This document shows, piece after piece, positions 8,263-17,674 of a DNA stretch of 61,643 nucleotides (its first letter is position 1; each line of letters starts with the position of its first letter). Origin of the DNA: a virus; the IMG/VR virus record IMGVR_UViG_3300010403_000005, positions 1 through 61,643 of that record, one strand, 5' to 3'. Under the pieces are notes generated by a model that had not been told where the DNA came from, ran no database searches, and worked only from the letters and a program-made list of their open reading frames with translations. The position numbers and the translations under genes were made by a program.

Positions 8263-9027
8263 CTACTCTCCTATTTGCAGTCCGATGGTGCACCGGCAGC
8301 GCGGATGCGCTGGCGGACCATCGTAAGATTCTCCCTCAGCCTCGAACTGTCCGTCAAGTGGCGCAGTTTCTCCATCGAGCGCTTCGCAGATCGGGCAGAG
8401 CACGTCGTCCGGCGTCACAATCCAGACCTGCTGCTCGTTGCCGGTGAGCAGCCCTTCCTCGACAGCCTGATCCCAAGCCTCCTGCACGCCCGCGTTGCTG
8501 GCCGCCATCGTTTCGGTCTCAGCAATCAGCTGAGCCCGCTCTTCATCCCCGATGGCGTCCACGAGACCCGTGTACAACTCGTCCGGCGAGATCTTGTCAT
8601 CGAACATGTCCTCTATGAGGCTCTTGATCTCCTCCCGAGTTGTGTCCGAGATCCCCGTGACGAGTTCCGCAGCGTGCTCTTCCGCCCACGCCAGCGCGTC
8701 CGCGTTCTCTGCGTCGAAGGTAAACCCGGTCTTCCCGTGGGCCGGGGCCAGCGCTCGGCCGTGTCTACGCTGCAGCTGCTTAACGAGATCCTTGGCTGTG
8801 GCCTGACCGCTTTCGTCGCGGATGGCTGTGATCAGCTTCTGAATCTTCGGCTGCAGATCCTTTTCACATGAGGCTACCGCTGCGCTCAGCTCGGCTGAGA
8901 TGGCCTTCGCGTCCTTCGATGCGATGGCTGTCCGCAGTCGTGCTCTGTTGAGCTTCTTTTTCCCGACGCCAAAGGAGCCGTTCACGACGCGTTTCACTCG
9001 ACCCACGAAATCGGTCGGCCACCACAT
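8263..9027 (-). CDS. Head morphogenesis protein, Mu F / SPP1 gp7 family
   Basis: The C-terminal motif DGPPAHPRCRCT is typical of the Phage_Mu_F family. The gene follows the portal gene. Confidence 0.8.
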   Translation of the reverse strand: MWWPTDFVGRVKRVVNGSFGVGKKKLNRARLRTAIASKDAKAISAELSAAVASCEKDLQPKIQKLITAIRDESGQATAKDLVKQLQRRHGRALAPAHGKTGFTFDAENADALAWAEEHAAELVTGISDTTREEIKSLIEDMFDDKISPDELYTGLVDAIGDEERAQLIAETETMAASNAGVQEAWDQAVEEGLLTGNEQQVWIVTPDDVLCPICEALDGETAPLDGQFEAEGESYDGPPAHPRCRCTIGLQIGE

Positions 9028-10399
9028 GCACGTGCGTGTGTGAAGCCACTCCTGTTCTCGCAGCCGCAGCTACGGGATTGCGCTCCGGGTTCGGATTATC
9101 AGTGACCTTCGACAGGGGCGGCAGGTCGAGGACGTGCTCGCGGATCTCATCCGGCGTGACGACCGTCTCTCCTGCCGCTTGGTTCAGGCCAGCCCACTGA
9201 GTGGCGATCTCCGAGCGCTGTTCATCATCGAGGATCTTGAGCTGCGACCAGCGCACGTCGTAGTCGCCGGTGACCTTGGGTTCCGGCAGCGCACCGAGCT
9301 TGATCAGCCGGTCCACGAAGGGCCGTACGATCAGCGGCCCCGCGAAGTCGTCCCGGCGGTCCTGCACGCGGTCATCCCAGTTGCTGCGGTCCATCTTGGC
9401 TGCGAGCTTGCCCTGCTCAGAGCCCATCAGGACGCGCTGCGGGATGCCCGTGCCAGCGCTGATCTGTCCGATCACGCTCATGACCGGGTTCGAGAAGTCC
9501 GCGACGTCGCTGCCCATCCGCGTCATCTTAATGCCGCGAGTGAAGATGTTCCGCTTCAGGCCGTGCTCGATGGACTCGATGTCCTTTTTGATCTGGCTCG
9601 TAGCGCTGGCAGAATCTTCGTTGGCGTCCGGATCAAGTTCATCAGGCAGCGCGAGCGTCGGGTCGAGATCCCACTGCGTACCACCATCGGCACGCTTCCA
9701 GAACGCTTCCGCACCACCTCCGGAGACCTTTTCAAGGTCGTCCAACAGGTTCCAGACGCATTCGAGCCGGGGCTCGCCGTAGATGCTGTCGTCCAGCAGG
9801 CCATCTGCGACGTGGATGACGCGGGTCCAGTGCACGCGCTTGACCATTGACGTCGAGTTCTGGCTCATCGAGGTGAGCCCCTGCCGCTTGACCATGTAGA
9901 AATTCGGCAAGCCGCAGCGCTCGCTGTGGATGTCGATGTCGAACTCGTAGATCGGCGCGTCTTCCTCAGCGATGGGCGTGAGGTATGCGATCTCGTCCGC
10001 TGTGCAGTTCTCCAGCGGCGTGTCCATCTCGCCCGGTGCACCGATCAGGATGATCGCGTACCGGCCGATGCCTGCGAGGATATCTGCCCGCTGCAGGACC
10101 GTCCAGATCTTGAGTCTGCGCTCCAGATCGAACCACGCCCGCTCGAACTCGGTCTCGTTGTTCGGATCATCATCCTCGATGATCTCCGCTCCGCCTCGCC
10201 AGCAGGCTTTCGGCAGCGCTTTCACCACCCGGTTGGCGACCGCGTTCCGGCGGTAGCGCGAGCGATAATCCCACGGCTCCAGCACGCGCTTGTAGCCGAG
10301 GGCCTTGTAGAGATCCCGCGCTCCGCCAAACGTACGACCAGCTATGTTGGCGAGCCGCGATCTCCAGAACAGCGATGACACCAGTTGTCGGAATTCCAC
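8864..10399 (-). CDS. Portal protein (DUF1073-type)
   Basis: GTG start with AAGGAG upstream. The N-terminus (GGARDLYKALGYKRVLEPWDYRSRYRRNAVANRVV) is DUF1073-like. The last ~55 codons overlap the MuF gene in a frame with poor codon bias. Confidence 0.8.
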   Translation of the reverse strand: MEFRQLVSSLFWRSRLANIAGRTFGGARDLYKALGYKRVLEPWDYRSRYRRNAVANRVVKALPKACWRGGAEIIEDDDPNNETEFERAWFDLERRLKIWTVLQRADILAGIGRYAIILIGAPGEMDTPLENCTADEIAYLTPIAEEDAPIYEFDIDIHSERCGLPNFYMVKRQGLTSMSQNSTSMVKRVHWTRVIHVADGLLDDSIYGEPRLECVWNLLDDLEKVSGGGAEAFWKRADGGTQWDLDPTLALPDELDPDANEDSASATSQIKKDIESIEHGLKRNIFTRGIKMTRMGSDVADFSNPVMSVIGQISAGTGIPQRVLMGSEQGKLAAKMDRSNWDDRVQDRRDDFAGPLIVRPFVDRLIKLGALPEPKVTGDYDVRWSQLKILDDEQRSEIATQWAGLNQAAGETVVTPDEIREHVLDLPPLSKVTDNPNPERNPVAAAARTGVASHTHVHVVADRFRGSSETRRERLLWRREKEAQQSTTADSHRIEGREGHLSRAERSGSLM

Positions 10400-10404
10400 A
10401 GGCG

Positions 10405-10617
10405 TTACTCCTTGGCGATGGTCCAGCCGCCTAGCGGCCAGATGATCTCATTCTGCTGCACGCGACACGTCGGAGTGGTGTCTCCGATCTCCCCATCGTT
10501 GACGCGCAGGGGCCTGATGTAGACCTGCACCTGCCCGTGGTAACTGGTCGCCCGGAACGTGAAGTCCAGCGCTCCCTTGGCGATCTGCGACTTGATGTAC
10601 TCTTCGAAAGTGATCAT
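10405..10617 (-). CDS. Hypothetical 70-aa protein
   Basis: ATG 10617 is preceded by GGTGAGGTGG. The gene lies between terL and the portal gene. Confidence 0.55.
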   Translation of the reverse strand: MITFEEYIKSQIAKGALDFTFRATSYHGQVQVYIRPLRVNDGEIGDTTPTCRVQQNEIIWPLGGWTIAKE

Positions 10618-10625
10618 CTGCCACC

Positions 10626-12170
10626 TCACCAAGACACAGACTTTAGCACACGCGGAGGCTCTTCGAGAAGCACGCTGTTAAATCCGGTGCTGGAGCCGTC
10701 CACTTGGTCGTCGTGTTTCGCGCTTGGGAACGCGCACAGCTCGGTGACGTACGCTTCGTTCCACGGGGCTCGCACGAGGTAGACATTGCCGCCTTCGCAC
10801 TGCGATCTGAACGGCTTCGCACGCGTGACCTTGCTGCCGCCCAGCTGCACGCCCGCGTAGTTGTAGCCCTTGAGCAGCTTCGTGCGGGCTTGGATCACGG
10901 CCTTGCCTGATGCGCCACCTTCTTTTTCTTCACGCTGCGCGACCAGCCGTCCATCCGCGTGAGCCGTGTTCAGCATCAGCTTGTCCACGCCGTCTGGTCC
11001 GAGTTGCACGCGGATCACATCTTCCACGAAGAAGCGGCCGGTGCTCTGCAGCTTCCGGCGGCCGTTGACGACGGTCCACTCGAACTCTTCCGCGATCTTC
11101 ACGCCCACGGTCCAGTCGCCCTTGTTCTCTGAGGCCGCAGTGTCCCAGCCTCGCGCTCGCCGTGCGAGCTTCGGCTTCTCGTCCGTGTACCGGAACCACT
11201 CGCGCTTGAAGAGGCCTCCACCTTCCGGGCTCGGACGCTGCTGCAGCTGACCGGCCGCGTCCAAAGGTCCAAGGTCCAACTCCAGCTGCCGCACCTTCGC
11301 TTCATCGAACAGCTGCGGAAAGAGTAGCTTGCCGGTCTCGGTCCGTTTGTCTCGCGGGTCCGGTGTCCAGTTCGGATCTGCCTTGTGGACGGTGCAGCGT
11401 TCCTGCTCGGTCGCGTCCGGAGGGCACTCGCACTTCTCAAACCGCATCGGCCAGCGCACGAGCGTCCAGCCTGCGCGATCCTTATGCAACAAGTAGCCGG
11501 GCAGGTCTTCTTCATGCAGCCGCTGCCCGATCACAATCACCTTCACGCCACGCGAAACGCCACGAGTGGAGACCGTGCCTGAGTACCAGTCGGTGACCTG
11601 CTTCCGCGCTGCCTCGCTCTGCGCGTCGGTGGCCGTCGAGGCGTCGTCAATGATGATCAGGTCCGGGTGGAGCCCTGTGCCTTCACCACCGACTGATGTG
11701 GCGATCCTCCAGCCGCCCAGCACCGTGTCGAATCGACCCTTGGCGTCTTGCCCTTCCAAAAATTCCAGCGGGAAAAATTTCTGGAACCACGGACTCTTCA
11801 TCAGCGCACGCGCTTTCAGGTTCGCGTCGAGCGCACGCTTGTCGGAGTAGGCAGCGGTCAGGATGCGGAGCTTCGGGTTCTTGGCCCACAGCCAGCAGGG
11901 GAAGATCACGGACACGAGCAGCGACTTCATCGTGCCGGGAGGCACGTTGATAATCGTACGCGGCACCTCACCCCTCTCGACAGCTTCGAGCAGGGTGCAG
12001 AGTTCCTCGATGTGCCAGTTTTCTACGAAGTCATGTTCGGGCTCAAGGATCTCCCACGCTTCGCGGGTGAACTTGAGCAGCGAGTGCTTCAGCGAAAACG
12101 CATGGAGCTTGGCCCCTAGACCAGAGAGGCCTTCGACTTGATCGCGCTCGATGTCGTCGGCTGTCTGCAC
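10626..12170 (-). CDS. terL: Terminase large subunit (Terminase_6 / TIGR01630-type C-terminus)
   Basis: Walker A-like VPPGTMKS, Walker B LIIIDDAS, and nuclease region FPSAKHDDQVDGSS. GTG start with AAGGAGAG upstream. Confidence 0.9.
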   Translation of the reverse strand: MQTADDIERDQVEGLSGLGAKLHAFSLKHSLLKFTREAWEILEPEHDFVENWHIEELCTLLEAVERGEVPRTIINVPPGTMKSLLVSVIFPCWLWAKNPKLRILTAAYSDKRALDANLKARALMKSPWFQKFFPLEFLEGQDAKGRFDTVLGGWRIATSVGGEGTGLHPDLIIIDDASTATDAQSEAARKQVTDWYSGTVSTRGVSRGVKVIVIGQRLHEEDLPGYLLHKDRAGWTLVRWPMRFEKCECPPDATEQERCTVHKADPNWTPDPRDKRTETGKLLFPQLFDEAKVRQLELDLGPLDAAGQLQQRPSPEGGGLFKREWFRYTDEKPKLARRARGWDTAASENKGDWTVGVKIAEEFEWTVVNGRRKLQSTGRFFVEDVIRVQLGPDGVDKLMLNTAHADGRLVAQREEKEGGASGKAVIQARTKLLKGYNYAGVQLGGSKVTRAKPFRSQCEGGNVYLVRAPWNEAYVTELCAFPSAKHDDQVDGSSTGFNSVLLEEPPRVLKSVSW

Positions 12171-12889
12171 GAAGGTACTCTCCTTGCGATGGCGAGTGTC
12201 CTTCCTTCATGCGGCCTAGAGAAAATTTCGGGCGGAAAATTTTCTATAGGAGTTTGCGCGGGCCTTCGAACGATGGGATTGGCCACCCGCTCCACTTCTG
12301 AGTCGAGGTGGTCTCCGGCACCGTTCGAAGGCCGATGCGCCTTGGGAAATGGTCCAAGTGGCCTGAATGAAACTAGGCCCCGAAAAATTTTGGACGTCTG
12401 CATCGTAGCCGAAGCTCGCGGCTTTCGCAAGAGTGGTTTATGGCTGCACCGTGTTTTCGTGCCAGCTTCATACACGCACACGCATGGGACGCACGCCCTG
12501 ATCACCGGCCCCGCGAGTGCTTGGCCCTCGGACCATCGAGCTAGGGCGTTCGCCCGGCCGCCCACGTGCTGGGCTGATGAGCCACGCCATCGAAGCGCTA
12601 GCGAACGGTGGCCGTCCCCGGTCGCCCCGGTCCTTGGGCCAACTGGTGGGTGGGTCCGATAATGCATCTTATGTTAACTAGAGGCCTGCTCTAAGTGTGT
12701 GAGCCGTGGGGGTTTATCAGCTTTGTAATTGCTTCACGAACTCCCTGCTCCACTTCAGAGCATGGGCCAAGCGGTCCGGCCGCCGGGCACCCCTCCCCCT
12801 GAGCCTTGGACCACGCGCAGCACGCCGCGCTCGCGCACGACGCAGGGCCGCCCGGTCCTTCGGGCTGGGCCAAGGGATGACCACCCCGG
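12171..12889. other. 719-bp non-coding, repeat- and hairpin-rich gap between terS-like and terL; candidate pac/cos site or ncRNA
   Basis: The only ORFs here are Arg/Pro-rich and occupy both strands. There is a perfect 12-bp inverted repeat: GGCCTTCGAACG (12261-12272) and CGTTCGAAGGCC (12322-12333). Three AT-rich GAAAATTT(T)C-type palindromes lie at 12221, 12235 and 12383. Confidence 0.6.
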
Positions 12890-13519
12890 TCACTGCTGGG
12901 GCTCCGAGGTGAACGTGGCGTCGATCACCCCGTGTGCGGTGATGAGCGTGGACGCTGAGGCTTGGGCCACACGCAGGCGCACAGCCGCCTTGATCTCGTC
13001 CAGACGCTGCACGAGCCCAGCTACCTCGACACGCTCGGCTTCAGTCATGTGCTCGATCAGCTGATCTGTGTCATCCGCCTTGTTCGCGTTGACTTGCAGC
13101 GTGGCCTTTGGCCCAAGGCCCGTGCGGTCGAGCACTAGCTTCGAAGCGGCCAGCATCGTGCGCTTCTCTTCCGTGTCGTGTTGCGGGTACCCGCATGTCG
13201 GGCAGGTGCGCTCTTGGTACTGGTCCAAGAAGTCCAGCACGTTCTCGATGGCTGGTATCCGGGCCACAGCCAGCAGTCGCTCGGCCTTGGCGATTGTCTG
13301 AGGTGCGCGAGACCCGTGCTTGTTGCAGACCGTGAAGCCTGCGCGAGTGTCTCGTCTGCACGGAAGGCCCGAACGGGTCTGGAGTGAGCCGCACTTGCCC
13401 TCGGCTCGTGTTCTGGTTTGAAGCTCCTTGAGCGCTTCGGGGCTGATCCGGTCGTTCGACCCTCGCTCAAGGGCGTCGGCTATCTCGGTCTCGAATTTGG
13501 CGTCCATAGGGTTCCTCAT
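12890..13519 (-). CDS. terS: Putative terminase small subunit / DNA-binding protein
   Basis: Its position is upstream of terL. It has a Cys/His motif (CGSLQTRSGLPCRRDTRAGFTVCNKHGSRAP), a second CPTC pair and a coiled C-terminus. The likely start is ATG 13507 (GAGGAA upstream). Confidence 0.45.
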   Translation of the reverse strand: MRNPMDAKFETEIADALERGSNDRISPEALKELQTRTRAEGKCGSLQTRSGLPCRRDTRAGFTVCNKHGSRAPQTIAKAERLLAVARIPAIENVLDFLDQYQERTCPTCGYPQHDTEEKRTMLAASKLVLDRTGLGPKATLQVNANKADDTDQLIEHMTEAERVEVAGLVQRLDEIKAAVRLRVAQASASTLITAHGVIDATFTSEPQQ

Positions 13520-13644
13520 AAAACGCTGCCTGCTGAGCCACGCTGAGGCTCGAATCGTTCGACATACGTGAAAACGCTTTAACGGAAAAGTACCTTTTGA
13601 GGCTCAGCGCACCTCAGCACCCTCCGGAGGGCTAGGTATTGGAC

Positions 13645-15372
13645 CTAAAACCCGGGCTCCTGAGCCCTCGACGGCTCGCCTCGGCCCATAAGCCCGATGC
13701 CGAAGTACTCGGACTGGCCAAGCCGGTTCTTACGGTTTTGAAACTTGCTGGCGATGCGATGGAAGAACGCCTTTTGACCAAGCCTCCAGAGCATGTCAAC
13801 ACTTGACTGTTCGCACCAATGCTGGTACTCGGCCCACAGGTCTTTACCCACGCACTTGACTGTTGACCCAAAGGTGCATCGCCCTTCCAGAAACGGCGTG
13901 AGCACGTCGGACTCCTCACGGTACTCCTTCGTGGCGTCGATCACGGCCTGTGGTGGGCGGAGCCCGTTCCAGTACCAGTCCATCGAGCCTTCCACGAGCC
14001 ACGTCAGGATGCCCTGTTGGTGCTCGGGCTCACGGAGGATGTCCTTGAGCTTCTTGTTGTCGGTCGGTCCTTCGAACTTGTTCAGGAACGGGATCAGGTG
14101 GATACGACGCCAGATGCCGTCGTCCTGACCAACGATCTTCGGCTTGTTGTTGGTGGCGATCCAGATCTTGCAGACCGGGATAAACGAGAAGAAGTCCTCG
14201 TGGAGGAACCGGGCCGTGATCTCATCACGGCCCGTGATCGCCTTGAGCCTAGCTTCGTTGACGGTCATTTCCTGCAGCTCGGCGTTTGTGACGAAACGCT
14301 TACCGTCCAAGTCTGCCAAGTCCGTGGGGATGCCAGCACCGAACTTCGAACGTTCGAGCGTGGTGGCGGGCATCTCGTCGTGGTAGTCGTTCAGGAGGTG
14401 ACTCAGGGTCTGCGTGAGCGTGCCTTTGCCGTTGGCTCCTCCACCGTATATGAAGAAGCAGCATTCCTCCGAGCAGTCGCCCGTGGCTGTGTACCCGAAC
14501 GCTCGCTGCACGAAGGAGACCATGTTGGCCTGCGCTTCGAGGTGCCGGGCCTGCGCTGCTTCGATCAGGTCTGTAGCGCTATCGGATGAGTCGATCACTG
14601 GAGCGAAGATGGCGTCGAGCGTGTCCTCCCACAACTCCGAGCGCTTGGTGCGGTCGAACGGGACGCCGACGCGCATGGTGATCCGTTCGTCCGGCGAGGC
14701 CTTGCGTACCACGCCGTAGCGCAGGTCGATGACTCCATTCATGCACCCGAGCAGGAACGGATCGCTGTCCCAGTTGTCACCGTTGTCAGCGAGCGGAGGG
14801 ACGGAAGCAGCGAGGGCCAGCAGGTTGGAGAGCCGCGAGCGGTTCTCCCCGCGCAGTGCCCAGTCCATCGCCACCTTTCGACGCGACTGGTCATCGATCA
14901 TGAGCGCACGCTTCTGCCGCTCGCGCATCGACGCCTTGGCCAGCTCGTACATCTCGTCCACCGGGTCCGGTAGCCACAGCCCTGTCTCGTCGTCCGCGAT
15001 CAGCCAGCGCGACTTGCGGTGGTTGTAGCGAACGCGCTCGGCGTACATCTGCGCGAAGTGTTCCGCGTCTCCCGACTCGGTGTAGGGGAAGTCCTCGGGC
15101 TCCGGTTGGGCCAAAGGTGCTTCGGCCTCGGGCAGGCCAAAGAGTGCGCGGAACTTGTTCCGGCCGCCGTACTTCTTCAGCTCAACGCCACCGAGCAGCG
15201 GGATCATCTTCATGCCCTCGACGCGAGCGAGGATGGGCTCGGGATCGGTGACGCCCTCGGTGGTCAGGTGCGCGATGATGGACTCTCGAGATGCACCTTC
15301 CTGATACGCCTGTCCGACCACGCGCTGCAGCGCAAGGATCGCGGCCTTCTTGATGTTGGCGTGTGTACTCAC
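13645..15372 (-). CDS. D5 / P4-type primase-helicase (SF3 NTPase)
   Basis: Walker A YGGGANGKGT, and KIWIATNNKP...WRRIHLIPF. The GTG 15372 start overlaps the PrimPol stop (GTGA). The ORF-track start at 15525 is probably too long. Confidence 0.85.
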   Translation of the reverse strand: MSTHANIKKAAILALQRVVGQAYQEGASRESIIAHLTTEGVTDPEPILARVEGMKMIPLLGGVELKKYGGRNKFRALFGLPEAEAPLAQPEPEDFPYTESGDAEHFAQMYAERVRYNHRKSRWLIADDETGLWLPDPVDEMYELAKASMRERQKRALMIDDQSRRKVAMDWALRGENRSRLSNLLALAASVPPLADNGDNWDSDPFLLGCMNGVIDLRYGVVRKASPDERITMRVGVPFDRTKRSELWEDTLDAIFAPVIDSSDSATDLIEAAQARHLEAQANMVSFVQRAFGYTATGDCSEECCFFIYGGGANGKGTLTQTLSHLLNDYHDEMPATTLERSKFGAGIPTDLADLDGKRFVTNAELQEMTVNEARLKAITGRDEITARFLHEDFFSFIPVCKIWIATNNKPKIVGQDDGIWRRIHLIPFLNKFEGPTDNKKLKDILREPEHQQGILTWLVEGSMDWYWNGLRPPQAVIDATKEYREESDVLTPFLEGRCTFGSTVKCVGKDLWAEYQHWCEQSSVDMLWRLGQKAFFHRIASKFQNRKNRLGQSEYFGIGLMGRGEPSRAQEPGF

Positions 15373-16148
15373 AGGTTCAACCCCAGTGACGCGAGCTTGA
15401 CGTCCTTGTACGTGTCGAGCGGCCGGTCCGGGTTGTTCCAGCCGCGTTCGAACCACCGACGCAGTCCGCTCGTGGGGAGCGGAGGCTTGCAGAAGTTCTC
15501 GTTGGCGAGCTGCACGCACCACCAAGCCGACTCGATGTCGTTCTGGAGGGCCTTGAGGGATCGCAGGAGCTTGAACAGCTCGTGGTGCCGCTCGCCGGAG
15601 GTGACTTCTGGAGGAAACGAGTATAGCTCACCTTGGGGAGCGTTTTCCGACCTTCCTCCGCACGAGCCGTCATCGAACAGGAACTCGGCAGGGAACATCG
15701 GGATGTCCATCACGTTCCACGACCACGCAGCGGCCATGTACACACAACCGCTGGGGTGCAAGGAGCCCGGACCCACCACGTATTGGCCCTCGTTGCGGAA
15801 CTCGATGGCCATGCCCTCGCGTCGGATGAACTTCGGCGTAGGCCGCGACAGGCGGAAGTACCGGTGCAGGCCGCGAGCGGTCTTGACCATGAACGGCGTG
15901 GCCGGGATGTGGTGCAGGTCGATCTGCCGGGCGATGAACTCCTCCGACTCGTCGGAGTCGGTGTCCACGACGCCGATGCCCCGGCCGAGCTTCACGCCGT
16001 AGTTGCCGAAGCCAGCTGCCGTGTCACGCGAACACGTGTACTCGACCCACTTGACTGCGGGCTCCTTGCCGCCTTCCCTGATGGGGAAGACACCGATCTG
16101 TTGATCCACAAACCAAGCAGCCGGAACGATGCGCGAGGCTCCGCTCAT
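15369..16148 (-). CDS. Bifunctional primase-polymerase (PrimPol) with PriCT-like C-terminus
   Basis: VFPIREGGKEPAVKW...GVVDTDSDE...GLHRYF...GPGSLHPSG, and SGERHHELFKLLRSL. ATG 16148 forms an ATGA overlap. Confidence 0.8.
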   Translation of the reverse strand: MSGASRIVPAAWFVDQQIGVFPIREGGKEPAVKWVEYTCSRDTAAGFGNYGVKLGRGIGVVDTDSDESEEFIARQIDLHHIPATPFMVKTARGLHRYFRLSRPTPKFIRREGMAIEFRNEGQYVVGPGSLHPSGCVYMAAAWSWNVMDIPMFPAEFLFDDGSCGGRSENAPQGELYSFPPEVTSGERHHELFKLLRSLKALQNDIESAWWCVQLANENFCKPPLPTSGLRRWFERGWNNPDRPLDTYKDVKLASLGLNL

Positions 16149-16390
16149 GCGTATCTCGCGTTCTTGACGTCGAAGGTGTGATGCACCAAGTACCGTTGCG
16201 CAGCCCACGTGTTGACGACTCTGGCGACTAGTAGAGCCTGATCGGTGGTGTGCATCTCCGAAGGCCACCGGAACAGGTTCAGAAAGATCTCACGCTCGGA
16301 AGCGTGGAGGTGCGCGGCCGACATCAGGTCCGCGAGTCGGTTGCGCACATACCGCTTGCGCTTGGCGAGGAAACGTCGTCTGCGGTTCAC
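16145..16390 (-). CDS. Hypothetical 81-aa protein
   Basis: GTG 16390 in a GTGA overlap, and the stop overlaps the PrimPol ATG. Hand translation gives VNRRRRFLAKRKRY...HHTFDVKNARYA. Confidence 0.55.
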   Translation of the reverse strand: MNRRRRFLAKRKRYVRNRLADLMSAAHLHASEREIFLNLFRWPSEMHTTDQALLVARVVNTWAAQRYLVHHTFDVKNARYA

Positions 16391-16638
16391 AGGTCCACCT
16401 TGATCTGGCCGACGTTCACGGTCGAGGCCGAGGTGTCGAGAATGGCCTTGATCGATGGCTCGATCTGCTGGCCGCGATAGCCCTTGCAGTACTGCAGGGA
16501 GGCTCCGATGATTTTCTCGGCGTTGCTGCGGGCGTCTGCCTTCAGCTGCTCGATGGTGGTGCCCTCGACCACGTGGCTGAACTTCACCTTGACCTTGACG
16601 GTCGCTTCGACTTCGACGTTGTGTACTTGTGAACCCAT
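16387..16638 (-). CDS. Hypothetical 83-aa protein
   Basis: ORF track entry with a TAATG overlap to the upstream gene. Confidence 0.65.
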   Translation of the reverse strand: MGSQVHNVEVEATVKVKVKFSHVVEGTTIEQLKADARSNAEKIIGASLQYCKGYRGQQIEPSIKAILDTSASTVNVGQIKVDL

Positions 16639-17267
16639 TATCCGATCTCCTTTTCGAGCTGCAGGTAGGCAGCCTGAATCGTACGCATGACTTCCGTGCG
16701 CGTAGCCAGACGCGGCTTCGCATCACCCCACGCACCGTTGATGGGCCAGTAGACGTTGGCCTCGCCGTTGGACTCTTCCCGGCGTTCCATGAGCGTGATG
16801 CAGCCGTCGTCCGGCAGGCTGGCATGCACCTCCTGCGCTCGCTGATGGTAGACGTCGCCCGCGAAGTACTGCTCTCGGTTCAAGCGCACGAGCGTGACTA
16901 CATCTTCGGGTGCCACGAACTTGCAGTCGTAGCCGGTCATGATGCGTCGGCGGTTGTACCGCAGATCCGGGTCCATCGTCACGGTCGCCGGAGCGAACTC
17001 CCACTCCTCGTAGCGCTGGTTGACCAAACGGCCGCAGACCACGGTGGAGCGTAGATCCCATGAGTGGTTGTGGATGAGCGAGACGCTGGGGTAGCGCAGC
17101 GCTGAGTTCCAGATGTGCAGGCGGCCGATCTTTCGGATGTAGAGCCGGAGCACGCCGAAGCCCTGCACCGACCAGTCGCCGTAGAGCGGCTGCTCGTGTT
17201 CAATCTGGCCAACGGCTGCGTCGAGGATCTGGAGTACCGCCAGTTGGAGCGGCTTGGGGTTCTTCAT
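16638..17267 (-). CDS. Hypothetical protein, possible cupin-like metal-binding fold
   Basis: Start MKNPKPLQ at 17267 (ATGA overlap). It contains an LIHNHSWD His cluster. The function is not established. Confidence 0.6.
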   Translation of the reverse strand: MKNPKPLQLAVLQILDAAVGQIEHEQPLYGDWSVQGFGVLRLYIRKIGRLHIWNSALRYPSVSLIHNHSWDLRSTVVCGRLVNQRYEEWEFAPATVTMDPDLRYNRRRIMTGYDCKFVAPEDVVTLVRLNREQYFAGDVYHQRAQEVHASLPDDGCITLMERREESNGEANVYWPINGAWGDAKPRLATRTEVMRTIQAAYLQLEKEIG

Positions 17268-17674
17268 GACCGCACCGTGTCGTGGCTCTCGCCCGCGTCG
17301 TCCACGCCAGTGAACGCTCCGAGCCCGGCGGCCGTGGCGGAGCCGGGCGGCAGGCCGAGCGCATCGCGCAGCCTTTCCCACAGCTGTGCCGCTTCCGCGT
17401 CCTCGACGCCGTCGGCCGTCCAGCGGCCAGCGAAGTAGAGACGTCGAGCGGCCAGCGCGATGGTCTCGACGTCGAGCTTACCGGCCTCGGCTGCTCGTGC
17501 GAAGCCTGCCTGCCACGCGTCGGCCAGCCGCTTGGTCAGAGCCGCAGGCGTGATCAGCACCGACTGCGTGCGACCGACCTTGTTCTGGAGATGCGGAGGG
17601 AGCGTGGCGAAGTGCGCGTCGGCGTACTGATTGGCGCAAAACTCCGGGTTGATCACTCTGAGGTGTTCGTTCAT
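17264..17674 (-). CDS. Hypothetical 136-aa protein
   Basis: ORF track entry with good third-position GC bias. Confidence 0.65.
   Translation of the reverse strand: MNEHLRVINPEFCANQYADAHFATLPPHLQNKVGRTQSVLITPAALTKRLADAWQAGFARAAEAGKLDVETIALAARRLYFAGRWTADGVEDAEAAQLWERLRDALGLPPGSATAAGLGAFTGVDDAGESHDTVRS

Noticed and set aside
12116-12667. 183-aa minus-strand and 174-aa plus-strand ORFs filling the terS-terL gap.
   Set aside because: Both strands are open over the same DNA. The compositions are Arg/Pro/Gly/Ser-rich. The minus-strand ORF overlaps the terL start and there is no ribosome-binding site. I treat the region as non-coding.
12260-12880. TTGG(N)CC / GGNCCAAG motifs as specific terminase-binding repeats.
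   Set aside because: The same short motif (Ala-Lys and Leu-Gly codon combinations) is common inside coding regions across the genome. By eye, its enrichment in the gap cannot be distinguished from background. It is mentioned only as part of the gap description.
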